From Clostridia bacterium (GTDB lineage Bacteria; Bacillota; Clostridia; Christensenellales; Borkfalkiaceae): a stretch of 64,000 nt of DNA. The stretch's first letter is position 1. Each line of letters begins with the position of its first letter. The DNA lies in the NCBI GenBank assembly GCA_017508485.1, contig JAFVYV010000011.1, forward strand, positions 20,295-84,294, read 5' to 3'. Below the pieces are notes generated by a model that was not told where the DNA came from, did not search any database, and worked only from the letters and a program-made list of their open reading frames with translations. The translations under genes were made by a program, and so were the position numbers. Of this stretch, positions 28,061 through 39,068 are shown piece by piece.

Positions 28061-29086
28061 ATGGAAGAAAGATTAGTAGTTTCAACAAAAAACTTTACCG
28101 ATAGTGAAGTGGAAAACGTTTTAAGACCAAAAACGATTGACGCTTACGTTGGGCAAGAAAAAATTAAAAACAACCTTTTGGTTTTTATAGAATCAGCAAA
28201 GAAAAGGGGGGACGCTTTAGACCACGTTTTACTTTACGGACCTGCAGGTCTTGGTAAAACTACTTTAGCGCACATTATTGCAAACGAACTTGGCTCTCAA
28301 ATAAAAATTACAAGTGGACCTGCTATTGAAAGAGCAGGTGATTTAGCCGCAATTTTAACCAACCTTAACGAAAACGACGTACTTTTTATTGACGAAATTC
28401 ACCGTTTAAATAGAAACGTTGAAGAAATTTTGTACCCTGCTATGGAAGACTATATGCTTGATCTCGTTTTAGGTAAAGGTCCTTCTGCGCAAAACGTACA
28501 AATACCACTACAAAAGTTTACTTTGGTTGGCGCAACCACTAAAGCAGGTATGCTTTCAACTCCACTTCGTGACCGTTTTGGCGTTTTATGTAGATTAGAA
28601 CTATATTCAACGGAAGAATTAACGGAAATTTTAGTTGGCTCCTCTAAAAGACTTGGAATTGATATTGAAAGGGACGCAGCAGTTGAAATTGCAAAAAGAA
28701 GCCGTGGTACGCCAAGAATTGCAAACAGACTTCTTCGCCGTGTTAGGGACTTCGCTTTAGTTAAAGACCATAAAACGGTACAACTTGCAGACGCAAAATT
28801 AGCCCTAAATAGATTAGAAATTGATGAACTTGGGCTTGATAATATTGACAACAAACTACTTTTATCAATGGTAGAAAAGTTTAACGGTGGACCTTGTGGA
28901 CTTGATACGCTTGCCGCAACCATTAACGAAGATGCAAACACCATTGAAGATATGTATGAGCCATACTTACTTCAACTTGGTTTTATTGCAAGAACGGCAA
29001 GGGGTAGAGTGTTACTTAAAAAGGGTTATGAACATTTAGGGCTTACTTACGTTGAAAACGACACGGTGAAAAATGATGAGAACTGA
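28061..29086 (+). CDS. ruvB: Holliday junction DNA helicase RuvB
   Basis: [12 protein letters not shown], Walker [20 protein letters not shown] and [16 protein letters not shown] motifs. Confidence 0.95.
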   Translation: MEERLVVSTKNFTDSEVENVLRPKTIDAYVGQEKIKNNLLVFIESAKKRGDALDHVLLYGPAGLGKTTLAHIIANELGSQIKITSGPAIERAGDLAAILTNLNENDVLFIDEIHRLNRNVEEILYPAMEDYMLDLVLGKGPSAQNVQIPLQKFTLVGATTKAGMLSTPLRDRFGVLCRLELYSTEELTEILVGSSKRLGIDIERDAAVEIAKRSRGTPRIANRLLRRVRDFALVKDHKTVQLADAKLALNRLEIDELGLDNIDNKLLLSMVEKFNGGPCGLDTLAATINEDANTIEDMYEPYLLQLGFIARTARGRVLLKKGYEHLGLTYVENDTVKNDEN

Positions 29087-30098
29087 AGATTTTGATTATT
29101 ATTTGCCGGAAGAACTAATTGCGCAAACACCAGTCTATCCAAGAGATTCTAGTAGAATGCTTGTTTACGATAGAAAAACGGGCAAAATAGAACACAAACA
29201 CTTTTACGATATAGTTAATTACCTAAAAGAAGGGGACGTGCTTGTTAGAAACAACACAAAAGTTTTACCTGCAAGAATGTTTTTTTACACAAAGAACGGC
29301 GCAAAGGTAGAAATTTTGTTACTTAAAAGGCTTTCTATTGGAGATTGGGAAGTTTTGGTTAAACCGGGCAAAAAAGCAAGAATAGGCGCTAGCCTTACGG
29401 CTAATAGCGAACTTTCTTTAGAAGTTATAGGAATTAACGAAGTTGAAGGTAGCAGAATAGTTAGGTTTAACTTTAACGGTGTGTTTGAAGATATAATTAG
29501 TAGAATAGGCGAAATGCCACTTCCACCATATATTAAGGAAAAGTTAAAAGAGCAAGAACGCTACCAAACGGTTTATTCTAAGGTTGACGGCTCTTCTGCA
29601 GCGCCAACTGCAGGTTTACACTTTACCGAAGAATTGATTGAAAAGTTAAAAGCAAAAGGCGTTATTATAGTTGACGTACTTCTTCACGTAGGGCTTGGCA
29701 CTTTTAGACCTGTTAAGGAAGATGATATATTAAAACATCATATGCACTCTGAATACTACGAAGTAAGTAAAGAGTCTGCTGAAATTATAAACAAAGCAAA
29801 AAGTGAAGGAAGGCGTGTTATTTGCGTTGGTACGACAAGTGTTAGAACGGTTGAAAGCGTTGCTAACGAAAAGGGCTTGCTAAAGGAAGAAAAGGGCAAT
29901 ACGGAAATTTTTATTTATCCTGGTTATACCTTTAAGTGCGTGGACAGTTTAATAACAAATTTCCACCTACCTAAGTCAACTTTACTTATGCTAATATCAG
30001 CATTTATGGGTAGAGAAAACGCACTTTCTATCTACAAACAAGCCGTAGAAGAAAAGTATAGGTTTTTCTCATTTGGCGACGCTTGTCTTATCCTATAA
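29073..30098 (+). CDS. queA: S-adenosylmethionine:tRNA ribosyltransferase-isomerase
   Basis: [21 protein letters not shown] and [10 protein letters not shown] motifs. Confidence 0.95.
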   Translation: MMRTEDFDYYLPEELIAQTPVYPRDSSRMLVYDRKTGKIEHKHFYDIVNYLKEGDVLVRNNTKVLPARMFFYTKNGAKVEILLLKRLSIGDWEVLVKPGKKARIGASLTANSELSLEVIGINEVEGSRIVRFNFNGVFEDIISRIGEMPLPPYIKEKLKEQERYQTVYSKVDGSSAAPTAGLHFTEELIEKLKAKGVIIVDVLLHVGLGTFRPVKEDDILKHHMHSEYYEVSKESAEIINKAKSEGRRVICVGTTSVRTVESVANEKGLLKEEKGNTEIFIYPGYTFKCVDSLITNFHLPKSTLLMLISAFMGRENALSIYKQAVEEKYRFFSFGDACLIL

Positions 30099-30228
30099 AC
30101 TTCGTTATGCTGTGTTTACTGACTTCGCCGTGGACTTCAATGACCAGTCGGTCTATTTCACCCCACGACTTGTCGAGCCTTGCCTAACTTGTTTCTAGAA
30201 CAAGACAAGGAAATTATAAAAAGATTAA

Positions 30229-31356
<1,128 letters not shown>

Positions 31357-31444
31357 TCGACAAAAAAGAATAACTTTTACTTGCAAAAAAGTAGTAAATT
31401 TTATATAATAAATTTGTAAAAAAATAAAAAGGGGAATTAGTAAT

Positions 31445-31786
31445 ATGTTATTATTTAATTTATTAGAACAAGCAGCAACAGATCCACCAAAAGAAGGCAA
31501 TCCTATAACTTCTTACATCATTATGGGTGTACTATTCGTTTTAATCATTGTTTTCTTCATTTTCTCTTCAAGACAAAATAAGAAAAAGCAAAAGCAACAA
31601 CAAGAAATGATTAACGGTATCAAAAAGGGTGACACAATCACAACTATCGGTGGTATTATCGGTGCAGTTGTTGAAATCAACGACGACAAAAACTATATCG
31701 TTTTAGAAACAGGCACTAGCGATAACAAAATGACTATTAAGTTTGACAAAGCGGCAATCTACAAGGTTGACCCTAAAAAAGACTAA
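31445..31786 (+). CDS. yajC: Preprotein translocase subunit YajC
   Basis: Single TM followed by RQNKKKQKQQQEMINGIKKGDTITTIGGIIG. Confidence 0.85.
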   Translation: MLLFNLLEQAATDPPKEGNPITSYIIMGVLFVLIIVFFIFSSRQNKKKQKQQQEMINGIKKGDTITTIGGIIGAVVEINDDKNYIVLETGTSDNKMTIKFDKAAIYKVDPKKD

Positions 31787-31858
31787 TTAAGTTAAAAGGT
31801 CATAAAAACTAAAAACCTTGCATAAGTTTAGATATCTAAATTTTTTGCGAGGTTATTT

Positions 31859-32227
31859 ATGTCAAAAAAAGAATCTTCTATTCTTAAGGGCGTAGGGTTA
31901 ACGGTAATTTTAACCTTACTATTAGTGCTAATTTTTGGGTTTATAGTAAAAATTTTTTCCATATCAGAAAAGGTGATTATGCCAGTCAATCAGTTTATAA
32001 AAGTGGTGGCTGTGTTTATAGGTTGCTTTTTCAGTATAAGGGGTAGCGCAGGTTTTTTGAAAGGGCTTATAGTAGGTCTTATTTCTACCTTGATAGTTTA
32101 CCTAATTTTCTTTATCATAGGTGGAAGGTTTGACTTTAACTACAAATTTTTTATTGACCTAATTTTTGTAAGCATAATCGGTATGATTTCCGGCATAATA
32201 ACGGTAAACGTTAAAAAAACGGCTTAA
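31859..32227 (+). CDS. Small membrane protein (TIGR04086-like, tentative)
   Basis: 122 aa with 3-4 TM helices, downstream of yajC. Confidence 0.55.
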   Translation: MSKKESSILKGVGLTVILTLLLVLIFGFIVKIFSISEKVIMPVNQFIKVVAVFIGCFFSIRGSAGFLKGLIVGLISTLIVYLIFFIIGGRFDFNYKFFIDLIFVSIIGMISGIITVNVKKTA

Positions 32228-32331
32228 ACTTAATCAAAAAAACAAAAACTCGGCTTGTATTAGAGTCGGGTTTTTTATTGCATTTAAAATTAAAAAGTGT
32301 TAAAATAAGTTATAAACAAAGGGAAAGAGAT

Positions 32332-34878
32332 ATGAAAAAAATATTGATTAAGTTTTTTGCTACAATTTTATTTTTAACAGGAATAAGTTTTTGTTTAACT
32401 GCTTGCGATATGCTACATACTCACTCTTTTACGGACAAGGTGGTAAAACCTACTTGTACGGAAAGGGGTTATACTGAACACGTTTGTAGTTGCGGGTATA
32501 AGTATAAAGATAACTACGTTTTAAGGTTAGGGCATAGTTTTACTAACTATACTTACAACAACGACGCAAAGTGTGGCATTGATGGTACGGAAAGTGCAAC
32601 TTGTTCAAGGGGTTGTGGCGAAACTTCAACAAGAAAGGCTACGGGAACTGCCCTTTCACATAAATTTACTAATTATACTTACAATAACGACGCAACTTGT
32701 AAAAGCGACGGCACAAAGACTGCAACTTGTGATAAAGGTTGTGGCGCTAAAGATACTATTACTGTAGCAGGTACTAAACTTTTACACTCTTTTACTAAAC
32801 AAGTTGCAACTAACGAATATAAAGTTGCAAGTCAAACTGGGGTGCAAACGGTAAACAAAATTGACTTTTCCGATATGGAAGTTGGCGAAGTTAACACGGA
32901 AGTTTTAGTTGACGACGACTTATTTTCAAACTTTTCAAAACAAGCAAGTGGTGGAAGTCTTTCTATTGGAACGGACGGAATAGACACCTTTGCTAGAATA
33001 TACTCAACCGGAACTTCAGGTAAATATGCAGGGTTAAAATCACAATTTGGTTATAATTTGCCAGTCGGAGAATACCTTGTAACAATATCTTTAAGAATTC
33101 CTGAAGGTTTTACTTTGCAAGAAGGTAAAGACGTTGTCGTTAGATTAAGAAGGTCAAGTAATGGAACTAATAAAGACACTTCTTTAATGGCGTTATATAA
33201 CCAAGCAAAAGAAGATGCAAACGGGTTTAGAATAATTAGTTTTACCGTAACTACTACTTTTGAAACCGATTATGCTTGGATATACTATTATGCAAACCAA
33301 ACTTATATTGATATAAAAGAATTTTCAATTTCAAAAGTAACTACTTGCCAAGGCACTTATTTTTATTCTTGCGAGTGTGGGGAAAAGGGAGAAGAAACCT
33401 TTACTAAACAACTTGATAGGCACAACTTTACTTACCTTCAAAACGATAACGACACGCATAGCAAAGTATGTTCAACTTGTGGATACGTTGGCGAAACGGG
33501 AAACTGTTATGGCGAAACTATGCCAACTTGTAAAATCCAGTCGCTTTGCTTAACTTGTGGTGAAGGTTATGGCAAAACTATTCCACATAAGTTTACTAAT
33601 TACGTTTACAACAATGATGCAACCGACAAAAAAGACGGTACAAAAACGGCAACTTGCGACTATGGTTGTGGCTCAAAATATACTATAACTGCATTTGGCA
33701 CTAGACTTGTTTGCGACGCAACCTTTAGCGATATTAGCGTGTTAGGTTCGTTTATATGTGAAAAGGACGATGCAGGTAATAACACCCTTGAAACTTGGGA
33801 TATAGGTGGTACTGACCTTGGTATATCAGTAAACCTTTCAAACGGGGAAACGCTATTACTATTTGGCGATACCTTTAGCGTTGAAGATAATATTGCTTCT
33901 GAAAACTGGCGTAGTGGCGTAATTGGTAAAACAAGGGACACGGACCTTTCTGACAACTTACAACTTGAATCTTTTTGGACTTCAAACGGTTGGTCAAGTA
34001 CAGAGTATGCTGAAAGTCCTTTAGCATCACTACATAACAACACTTACGAAACGACAAAAATTTATTCTGGTGGTATTGAAATAAACGGTACAATTTACCT
34101 ATTCTACTTCTCAAGACACGGCACGACTGACCGTGTTGACAAAAACAACTACGGTGGCTGTATTAAGTCGGTTGACGGTGGCGTAACTTGGGTAAGAGTG
34201 CCTGACCTAACTTGGGTTGACCACTCAACTGGTAGTGGTATTAACGGCACGGGGCTTGATGCAACTACTCTTCAAAAACTTGTTAACCTTGATATCAATG
34301 CGACAAGTATTAACGCTACACAAAAGTTTAATATTGATTTAAGTACGCACGAAGGCTACCACTTTACGCAAATTTACCCTATAAACGGTGGCGACGGTTA
34401 TATTTATATCTTCGGCCGTGGTGGATATAGAACTAGTGGCTTAAAACTTGGCAGAGTTAGAATAGAAAACTTTGAAAGTTTTAGTTCATACGAATATTTG
34501 GTTGGCTATAATGGCAAAACGCCTATTTGGAGTAATGAAATTGACGATGCAATATTTATCGTTGATGAAAAACTTTCAAATATGTCGGTTGCATATAATC
34601 CTTATATTGACCAATGGGTTATGAGTTATTTAGACGTTGATAAGGTTGAAATTGTCGTTCGCTACTCTGCAAGTTTATACGGAGAGTGGAGTGATAAGCA
34701 AACCCTGCTACAAAACAAACTTATCGGAACGCAAGACACTCGTAATCTTTACGGCGCATACCTAAACGAAAAGTGGGTAGATAATAAAGGCAACTTCTAC
34801 TTTGTGTTTAGTAGATGGAGAGGTGCTGATATGATTTACCGTTCATACGTAGCAAAAGGACTTATAACAAAAAGTTAA
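32332..34878 (+). CDS. Large secreted/lipoprotein-like protein: repeated 4-Cys modules, a central beta-rich domain and a DUF4185-like C-terminal domain
   Basis: I prefer the ATG at 32332 (RBS GGGAAAGAG) over the TTG at 32278. The signal ends LTAC (lipobox). There are three copies of HxFTNYxYNNDAxCxxDGTxxATCxxGCG and further CxxC pairs. The C-terminal WDIGGTDLGISV...LLFGDTF resembles DUF4185. Confidence 0.75.
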   Translation: MKKILIKFFATILFLTGISFCLTACDMLHTHSFTDKVVKPTCTERGYTEHVCSCGYKYKDNYVLRLGHSFTNYTYNNDAKCGIDGTESATCSRGCGETSTRKATGTALSHKFTNYTYNNDATCKSDGTKTATCDKGCGAKDTITVAGTKLLHSFTKQVATNEYKVASQTGVQTVNKIDFSDMEVGEVNTEVLVDDDLFSNFSKQASGGSLSIGTDGIDTFARIYSTGTSGKYAGLKSQFGYNLPVGEYLVTISLRIPEGFTLQEGKDVVVRLRRSSNGTNKDTSLMALYNQAKEDANGFRIISFTVTTTFETDYAWIYYYANQTYIDIKEFSISKVTTCQGTYFYSCECGEKGEETFTKQLDRHNFTYLQNDNDTHSKVCSTCGYVGETGNCYGETMPTCKIQSLCLTCGEGYGKTIPHKFTNYVYNNDATDKKDGTKTATCDYGCGSKYTITAFGTRLVCDATFSDISVLGSFICEKDDAGNNTLETWDIGGTDLGISVNLSNGETLLLFGDTFSVEDNIASENWRSGVIGKTRDTDLSDNLQLESFWTSNGWSSTEYAESPLASLHNNTYETTKIYSGGIEINGTIYLFYFSRHGTTDRVDKNNYGGCIKSVDGGVTWVRVPDLTWVDHSTGSGINGTGLDATTLQKLVNLDINATSINATQKFNIDLSTHEGYHFTQIYPINGGDGYIYIFGRGGYRTSGLKLGRVRIENFESFSSYEYLVGYNGKTPIWSNEIDDAIFIVDEKLSNMSVAYNPYIDQWVMSYLDVDKVEIVVRYSASLYGEWSDKQTLLQNKLIGTQDTRNLYGAYLNEKWVDNKGNFYFVFSRWRGADMIYRSYVAKGLITKS
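32533..32781 (+). repeat. Tandem intragenic repeat (two ~42-codon Cys modules)
   Basis: TTTACTAA(C/T)TATACTTACAA(C/T)AACGACGCAA... recurs at 32539 and 32665. The repeats are also visible at the protein level. Confidence 0.8.
33586..33708 (+). repeat. Third, dispersed copy of the Cys module (first Cys replaced by Asp)
   Basis: HKFTNYVYNNDATDKKDGTKTATCDYGCGSKYT. Confidence 0.8.
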
Positions 34879-34884
34879 AAAAAT

Positions 34885-34914
34885 AAAGGATAGCAAAATT
34901 TTGCTATCCTTTTA
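34885..34914. terminator. Bidirectional terminator
   Basis: Perfect palindrome AGGATAGCAAAATTTTGCTATCCT (34887-34910) with flanking A-runs and T-runs. Confidence 0.8.
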
Positions 34915-34936
34915 TAATACAAAAAGTTTATTAAAC

Positions 34937-35101
34937 TTATTCTTCATTGTTTTTTGATTGTTCCTTTTTTTCCTTTCTTTCAGCCAACTTTTTTGATAGT
35001 GGTTTGTATAAAAAAGATGCGCCAACTATTACGCCAATCGTTATAACAAGGGTTATTACATACCAAATATTTTCCCCTAAAAACTTAAAGATATTAGCCA
35101 T
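34937..35101 (-). CDS. Unannotated 54-aa single-TM protein
   Basis: The minus strand reads AAAGGGG, 8 nt, then ATG. It encodes MANIFKFLGENIWYVITLVITIGVIVGASFLYKPLSKKLAERKEKKEQSKNNEE. It is below the track's size cut-off and ends at the bidirectional terminator. Confidence 0.5.
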   Translation of the reverse strand: MANIFKFLGENIWYVITLVITIGVIVGASFLYKPLSKKLAERKEKKEQSKNNEE

Positions 35102-35222
35102 AAATAAGCACCCCTTTCTTTTTTATAAACTTTAACACAAAAAATATTTTTAGTCAACTTTTTATGGAAAAAGTTTAAAAAGTGTGTTATACTATATTAA
35201 ATAACAAAAAGGAAAGGTTAAA

Positions 35223-36407
35223 ATGGTAAAAGAAGTTGCCGTTATCGGCGGTGGTGCAAGTGGTATTTTTGCGTCAATTTTGTTAGCAAGTAAACTTGGT
35301 GGGCAAAATATTGTTCTGCTTGAAAGGTTGAATAGAATAGGTAAAAAACTTGCCGTTACTGGTAACGGACAAGGCAATATCACTAACAAAAATATTTCAA
35401 GCGATAATTATTATAGTTATAACCACGGTTTTTACGATTACGCAATAAACGCTTTTACAAATAAGGACCTAATTTCTTTTTTTGAAAATCTTGGGCTTAT
35501 CACTACCCTAAAAGATAACAAAGTTTATCCACTTTCAAAACAAGCGTCTTCCGTTTTAGACCTTATGCGTTATAAACTTGAAGACTTAAAGGTAGAAGTT
35601 AAAACGGAATTTTTTGTAAGTTCAATAAAAAAGGAAAAGGAATACTTTTTAATAACTAACGGAAGTGAAACTATAAAGGCAAAAAAGGTGATTTTTGCTT
35701 GTGGGGGTAAATCTTCAAAACAGTTTGGAACTGACGGAAAAAGTTACGACCTATTAAAACCATTTTCGCACAGACTAACAAAACTAACTCCTGCGCTTGT
35801 TCAACTTAAAACGGATATTAAAGATATTAAGGGTTTACACGGGCTTAGAATTGATGCTTTAGTTAAAGGGTTTGTTAACGGCAAGTTGGTTAAGGAAACG
35901 ACTGGCGAACTACTTTTTACGGAGTACGGCGTTAGTGGACCTGTTATCTTTCAACTTTCAGGGCATTTACTAAAAAGCGACACGGGTGCAAAAATAGTTG
36001 TTGACTTTATGCCTAACTTGAGTCTGGATGAAGTTATTAAAATATTAAAAGCAAAAAGGGTGAACGCACCATACTTAACTGATGAAGATTTGTTCACGGG
36101 TATTATAAACAAACAAATAGGTAAAGCCGTTATAAAAAAGGCGAACACCACTAAAATAGAAGGCATAGTTAAAACCTTAAAAGCGTTTGAAATTAGCGTA
36201 ACTGGTAGTTTAGGGTTTGACTACGCACAAGTAACAAAGGGTGGAATTGACACCTTAGATATTAACGAAAAGAGTATGGAAAGTAAACTTGTTAAAGGAC
36301 TTTACATAGTAGGGGAAGCGTTGGACGTTGACGGAGATTCTGGTGGATATAACCTTCAATGGGCGTTTTCAAGTAGTTTTTTAGCAGTAAAGGATATTTT
36401 AAGATGA
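35223..36407 (+). CDS. BaiN/HI0933-family FAD-dependent oxidoreductase (aminoacetone oxidase family)
   Basis: VAVIGGGASGIFASILLA dinucleotide fold, GNGQGNITN motif and C-terminal GEALDVDGDSGGYNLQWAFSSS. Confidence 0.8.
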   Translation: MVKEVAVIGGGASGIFASILLASKLGGQNIVLLERLNRIGKKLAVTGNGQGNITNKNISSDNYYSYNHGFYDYAINAFTNKDLISFFENLGLITTLKDNKVYPLSKQASSVLDLMRYKLEDLKVEVKTEFFVSSIKKEKEYFLITNGSETIKAKKVIFACGGKSSKQFGTDGKSYDLLKPFSHRLTKLTPALVQLKTDIKDIKGLHGLRIDALVKGFVNGKLVKETTGELLFTEYGVSGPVIFQLSGHLLKSDTGAKIVVDFMPNLSLDEVIKILKAKRVNAPYLTDEDLFTGIINKQIGKAVIKKANTTKIEGIVKTLKAFEISVTGSLGFDYAQVTKGGIDTLDINEKSMESKLVKGLYIVGEALDVDGDSGGYNLQWAFSSSFLAVKDILR

Positions 36408-37276
36408 AAGGGTTAATAATTACTAACGGATATTTTTCTAACGAATCAACCAAAAATCAGGTAGAAAGATTGACGGAAGAATTTAATAAATTAGGCGTTT
36501 TGTTAACCGAGCAAAAGGGTAACGAAGTTATAACTTATATTGAAAACGGCGTTGTTAAAAGCAATATAGGGGAAGTGGATTTTGTTATCTTTTTAGACAA
36601 AAATATTCACGTTGCAAAAATGCTTGAAAAGGCAGGGTATAAGGTTTTTAACAGCGCAAAATCAATTGAACTTTGTGACGATAAAATGTTAACCTACATT
36701 TCTCTTGCTAACCAAAATATTGCTATGCCAAAAACTTTGCCTTCACCTATTATGTATAAAAGTGTTGAAGACAGTTCTTTTGTATCTGCCGTAGAAAAGG
36801 AATTTGACTACCCTATAGTCGTTAAAAACGTTTACGGTTCAATGGGTAGGGAAGTTTACCTTGCAAAAAACAAAAGTGAGTTAACTGCGCTTTATAACTA
36901 CCTAAAACTTTACCCACACTTATACCAAGAATATATCGGCGACGGGGTTGGTAAAGATATTAGGGTTATAGTCGTTGGTGGAAAGGTAATTTCTTCAATG
37001 CAAAGGGAAAACGAAAAGGACTTTCGTTCAAATATCGGGCTTGGTGGAGTTGGCAAGTTAATTAAACTAACAAAAGCGCAAGAAGATTTAGCCTTAAACG
37101 CAGTTAAGGTTTTAGGGCTTGACTATGCAGGGGTTGATATTATTTCTAAAAATAATAAGGACTATATTTGCGAAGTCAACTCTAACGCGTTTTTTAAGGA
37201 AATAGAAGATATTTCGGGGGAAAACGTGGCTAAAGCATACGCAAAACACGTTTTTAACACGGTTTACGACAAATAA
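36404..37276 (+). CDS. RimK-family ATP-grasp ligase (alpha-L-glutamate ligase-like)
   Basis: 290 aa with the ATP-grasp pattern (PIVVKNVYGSMGREVYL, IRVIVVGGKV, AGVDII). The ATGA overlap with the upstream gene suggests translational coupling. Confidence 0.75.
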   Translation: MKGLIITNGYFSNESTKNQVERLTEEFNKLGVLLTEQKGNEVITYIENGVVKSNIGEVDFVIFLDKNIHVAKMLEKAGYKVFNSAKSIELCDDKMLTYISLANQNIAMPKTLPSPIMYKSVEDSSFVSAVEKEFDYPIVVKNVYGSMGREVYLAKNKSELTALYNYLKLYPHLYQEYIGDGVGKDIRVIVVGGKVISSMQRENEKDFRSNIGLGGVGKLIKLTKAQEDLALNAVKVLGLDYAGVDIISKNNKDYICEVNSNAFFKEIEDISGENVAKAYAKHVFNTVYDK

Positions 37277-37411
37277 TTTGAAAAAATTGTTTTCAAAAAA
37301 GTTTTTTTGTGATAAAATAATATAGGTGGGTAAAATCTTACCCTTCTATTTTTTAATTCTTTAAGTGAAATTCACTTTCAATTATTTTTTAATTTTTCCT
37401 AGAGGTATAAA

Positions 37412-38821
37412 ATGAAACAATTAAAAACTTTTACGGCTGAAGAGTTAACCAGCCTTCATTTAAGCATAGTTCGTGAAATTGGTAGCGTTGTAGGTGTAAA
37501 GTCTTCTACTTCACTTCCTAAAGAAGAACTTATTGAAACCATCATTAAAATTCAAAATAAAGAAATTTTACCAACTGCGCCAACCAACAAGGGTGCGCCT
37601 AAAAAGATTAGAATAGACCTAACCCCTTATTACGTTGAAGTTAGCGAATTAGAAGAAAACGCAAAAAGAAGGTTAGAAGTTGCAGACAATCCTGTCACTC
37701 CCGACGGGTTTATTGAAACGGAAGGGGTTTTGGAACAACATATTTCCGGCTACGGCTTTTTAAGGGTAAATAATTACGAAAATTCTAAAGACGATATTTA
37801 CGTATCTAACCAAAACATAAAAAAATACAACCTTCGCCGTGGCGATAAGGTAAGGGCACTTGCTAAACCTTCAAAGGACGGCTCTCCTGCATTACAAGAA
37901 GTTTTAAGAATAAACGACCTTGACCCAACCTTGTTTTTAAGAAGGGAAAATTTTGACAATTTAGTTCCTTACTACCCAACCGATAGATTGGCTTTAGAAA
38001 TGGAAGGGGATGACGACTTAGCAATTAGATGTATTGACCTATTTTCTCCACTAGGGCTTGGTCAAAGGGGGCTAATCGTTGCGCCACCAAAAGCAGGTAA
38101 AACCACACTTCTTAAAAAGATTGCAAAGGCTATTGAAACAAACTACCCTGAAGTTAAACTTATGGTGCTTTTGATTGATGAAAGACCTGAAGAAGTAACG
38201 GACATTAAGCGTTCAGTTAACGGAGAAGTAATTTACTCAACCTTTGATGAAAATCCTGAACACCACATTAGGGCGGCTGAACTTGTTATAAATAGGGCAA
38301 AAAGACTTGTAGAAGTTAACAAAAACGTAGTTATTTTAATGGACTCTATTACAAAATTAACAAGGGCTTATAACAACACCGTTCAATCTTCTGGTAAAAC
38401 TTTATCTGGTGGTATTGACCCTGTTGCGTTATTTATGCCTAAAAAGTTCTTTGGTACGGCAAGAAATATTGAAAACGGTGGTAGTTTAACCATTTTATCA
38501 ACGGCACTTGTTGAAACTGGTAGCCGTATGGACGACGTTATTTACGAAGAATTCAAAGGTACTGGCAATATGGAAATTCATTTATCTAGAGAGTTGAGTG
38601 AAAAGCGTGTGTTCCCTGCGATTGACCTTTATAAATCAGGAACCAGAAGGGAAGAATTACTACTTTCAAAAGAAGAACTTGACACCGTTTACAAGTTAAG
38701 AAAGATTTTAGCCGAAAGAAGTGATGCGACCGACTCTCTACTTGAAATGATGAAAAAGACCAAAAACAATCAAGATTTGATAGCCAAGTTAGACACTTGG
38801 ATTGAACTTTACAAAAAGTAA
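37412..38821 (+). CDS. rho: Transcription termination factor Rho
   Basis: GYGFLR RNA-binding motif, Walker A APPKAGKTTLL, LLIDERPEEV and the C-terminal ELHLSR-like MEIHLSRELSEKRVFPAID. Confidence 0.95.
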   Translation: MKQLKTFTAEELTSLHLSIVREIGSVVGVKSSTSLPKEELIETIIKIQNKEILPTAPTNKGAPKKIRIDLTPYYVEVSELEENAKRRLEVADNPVTPDGFIETEGVLEQHISGYGFLRVNNYENSKDDIYVSNQNIKKYNLRRGDKVRALAKPSKDGSPALQEVLRINDLDPTLFLRRENFDNLVPYYPTDRLALEMEGDDDLAIRCIDLFSPLGLGQRGLIVAPPKAGKTTLLKKIAKAIETNYPEVKLMVLLIDERPEEVTDIKRSVNGEVIYSTFDENPEHHIRAAELVINRAKRLVEVNKNVVILMDSITKLTRAYNNTVQSSGKTLSGGIDPVALFMPKKFFGTARNIENGGSLTILSTALVETGSRMDDVIYEEFKGTGNMEIHLSRELSEKRVFPAIDLYKSGTRREELLLSKEELDTVYKLRKILAERSDATDSLLEMMKKTKNNQDLIAKLDTWIELYKK

Positions 38822-38964
38822 AAGATAAATAAAATTTTTTGGAGAAAATTTTAGAATAAAGCAAATAAACCTTCTTAAAAAGAACTGCAAAAGGCGATTA
38901 GGGAAACCTAGTCGCTTTTTATTTTAAAAAAATTCGACAAAATTTTATGAATATATATAAAATA

Positions 38965-38994
38965 GTTGACAAGGTAGGTATTATATAAATATAA
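38965..38994 (+). promoter_or_regulatory. Promoter of the regulator-potABCD operon
   Basis: TTGACA, 18-nt spacer, TATAAT. Confidence 0.55.
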
Positions 38995-39004
38995 TATTTT
39001 CATC

Positions 39005-39047
39005 AAGTTTAGTTTTATTAAACTTTTAATTTAAATAAACTAAACTT
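39005..39047 (+). promoter_or_regulatory. 11-bp inverted repeat (candidate operator) between promoter and regulator start
   Basis: AAGTTTAGTTT (39005-39015) and AAACTAAACTT (39037-39047) are perfect reverse complements separated by 21 nt. Confidence 0.5.
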
Positions 39048-39068
39048 TATTATTAAAGGAAAGTAAAA

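Noticed and set aside
28450-28944. 164-aa antisense ORF inside ruvB. The same applies to similar antisense ORFs at 4231-4575, 27645-27977, 33660-34043, 44858-45190, 52251-52661, 54029-54346, 55486-55800 and 56746-57033.
   Set aside because: All lie opposite strongly supported conserved genes. They are Ser/Leu/Ile-rich shadow frames without start contexts, as expected in AT-rich coding DNA with few antisense stops.
30107-30187. 26-codon ATG ORF (MLCLLTSPWTSMTSRSISPHDLSSLA) in the queA-tgt spacer.
   Set aside because: It has no Shine-Dalgarno and its sequence does not look like a real peptide. The region is better explained as structured RNA or DNA.
34947-35135. 62-aa + strand track ORF.
   Set aside because: It has no RBS and a Phe-rich low-complexity product. 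The opposite strand carries a cleaner RBS-preceded single-TM ORF (34937-35101).
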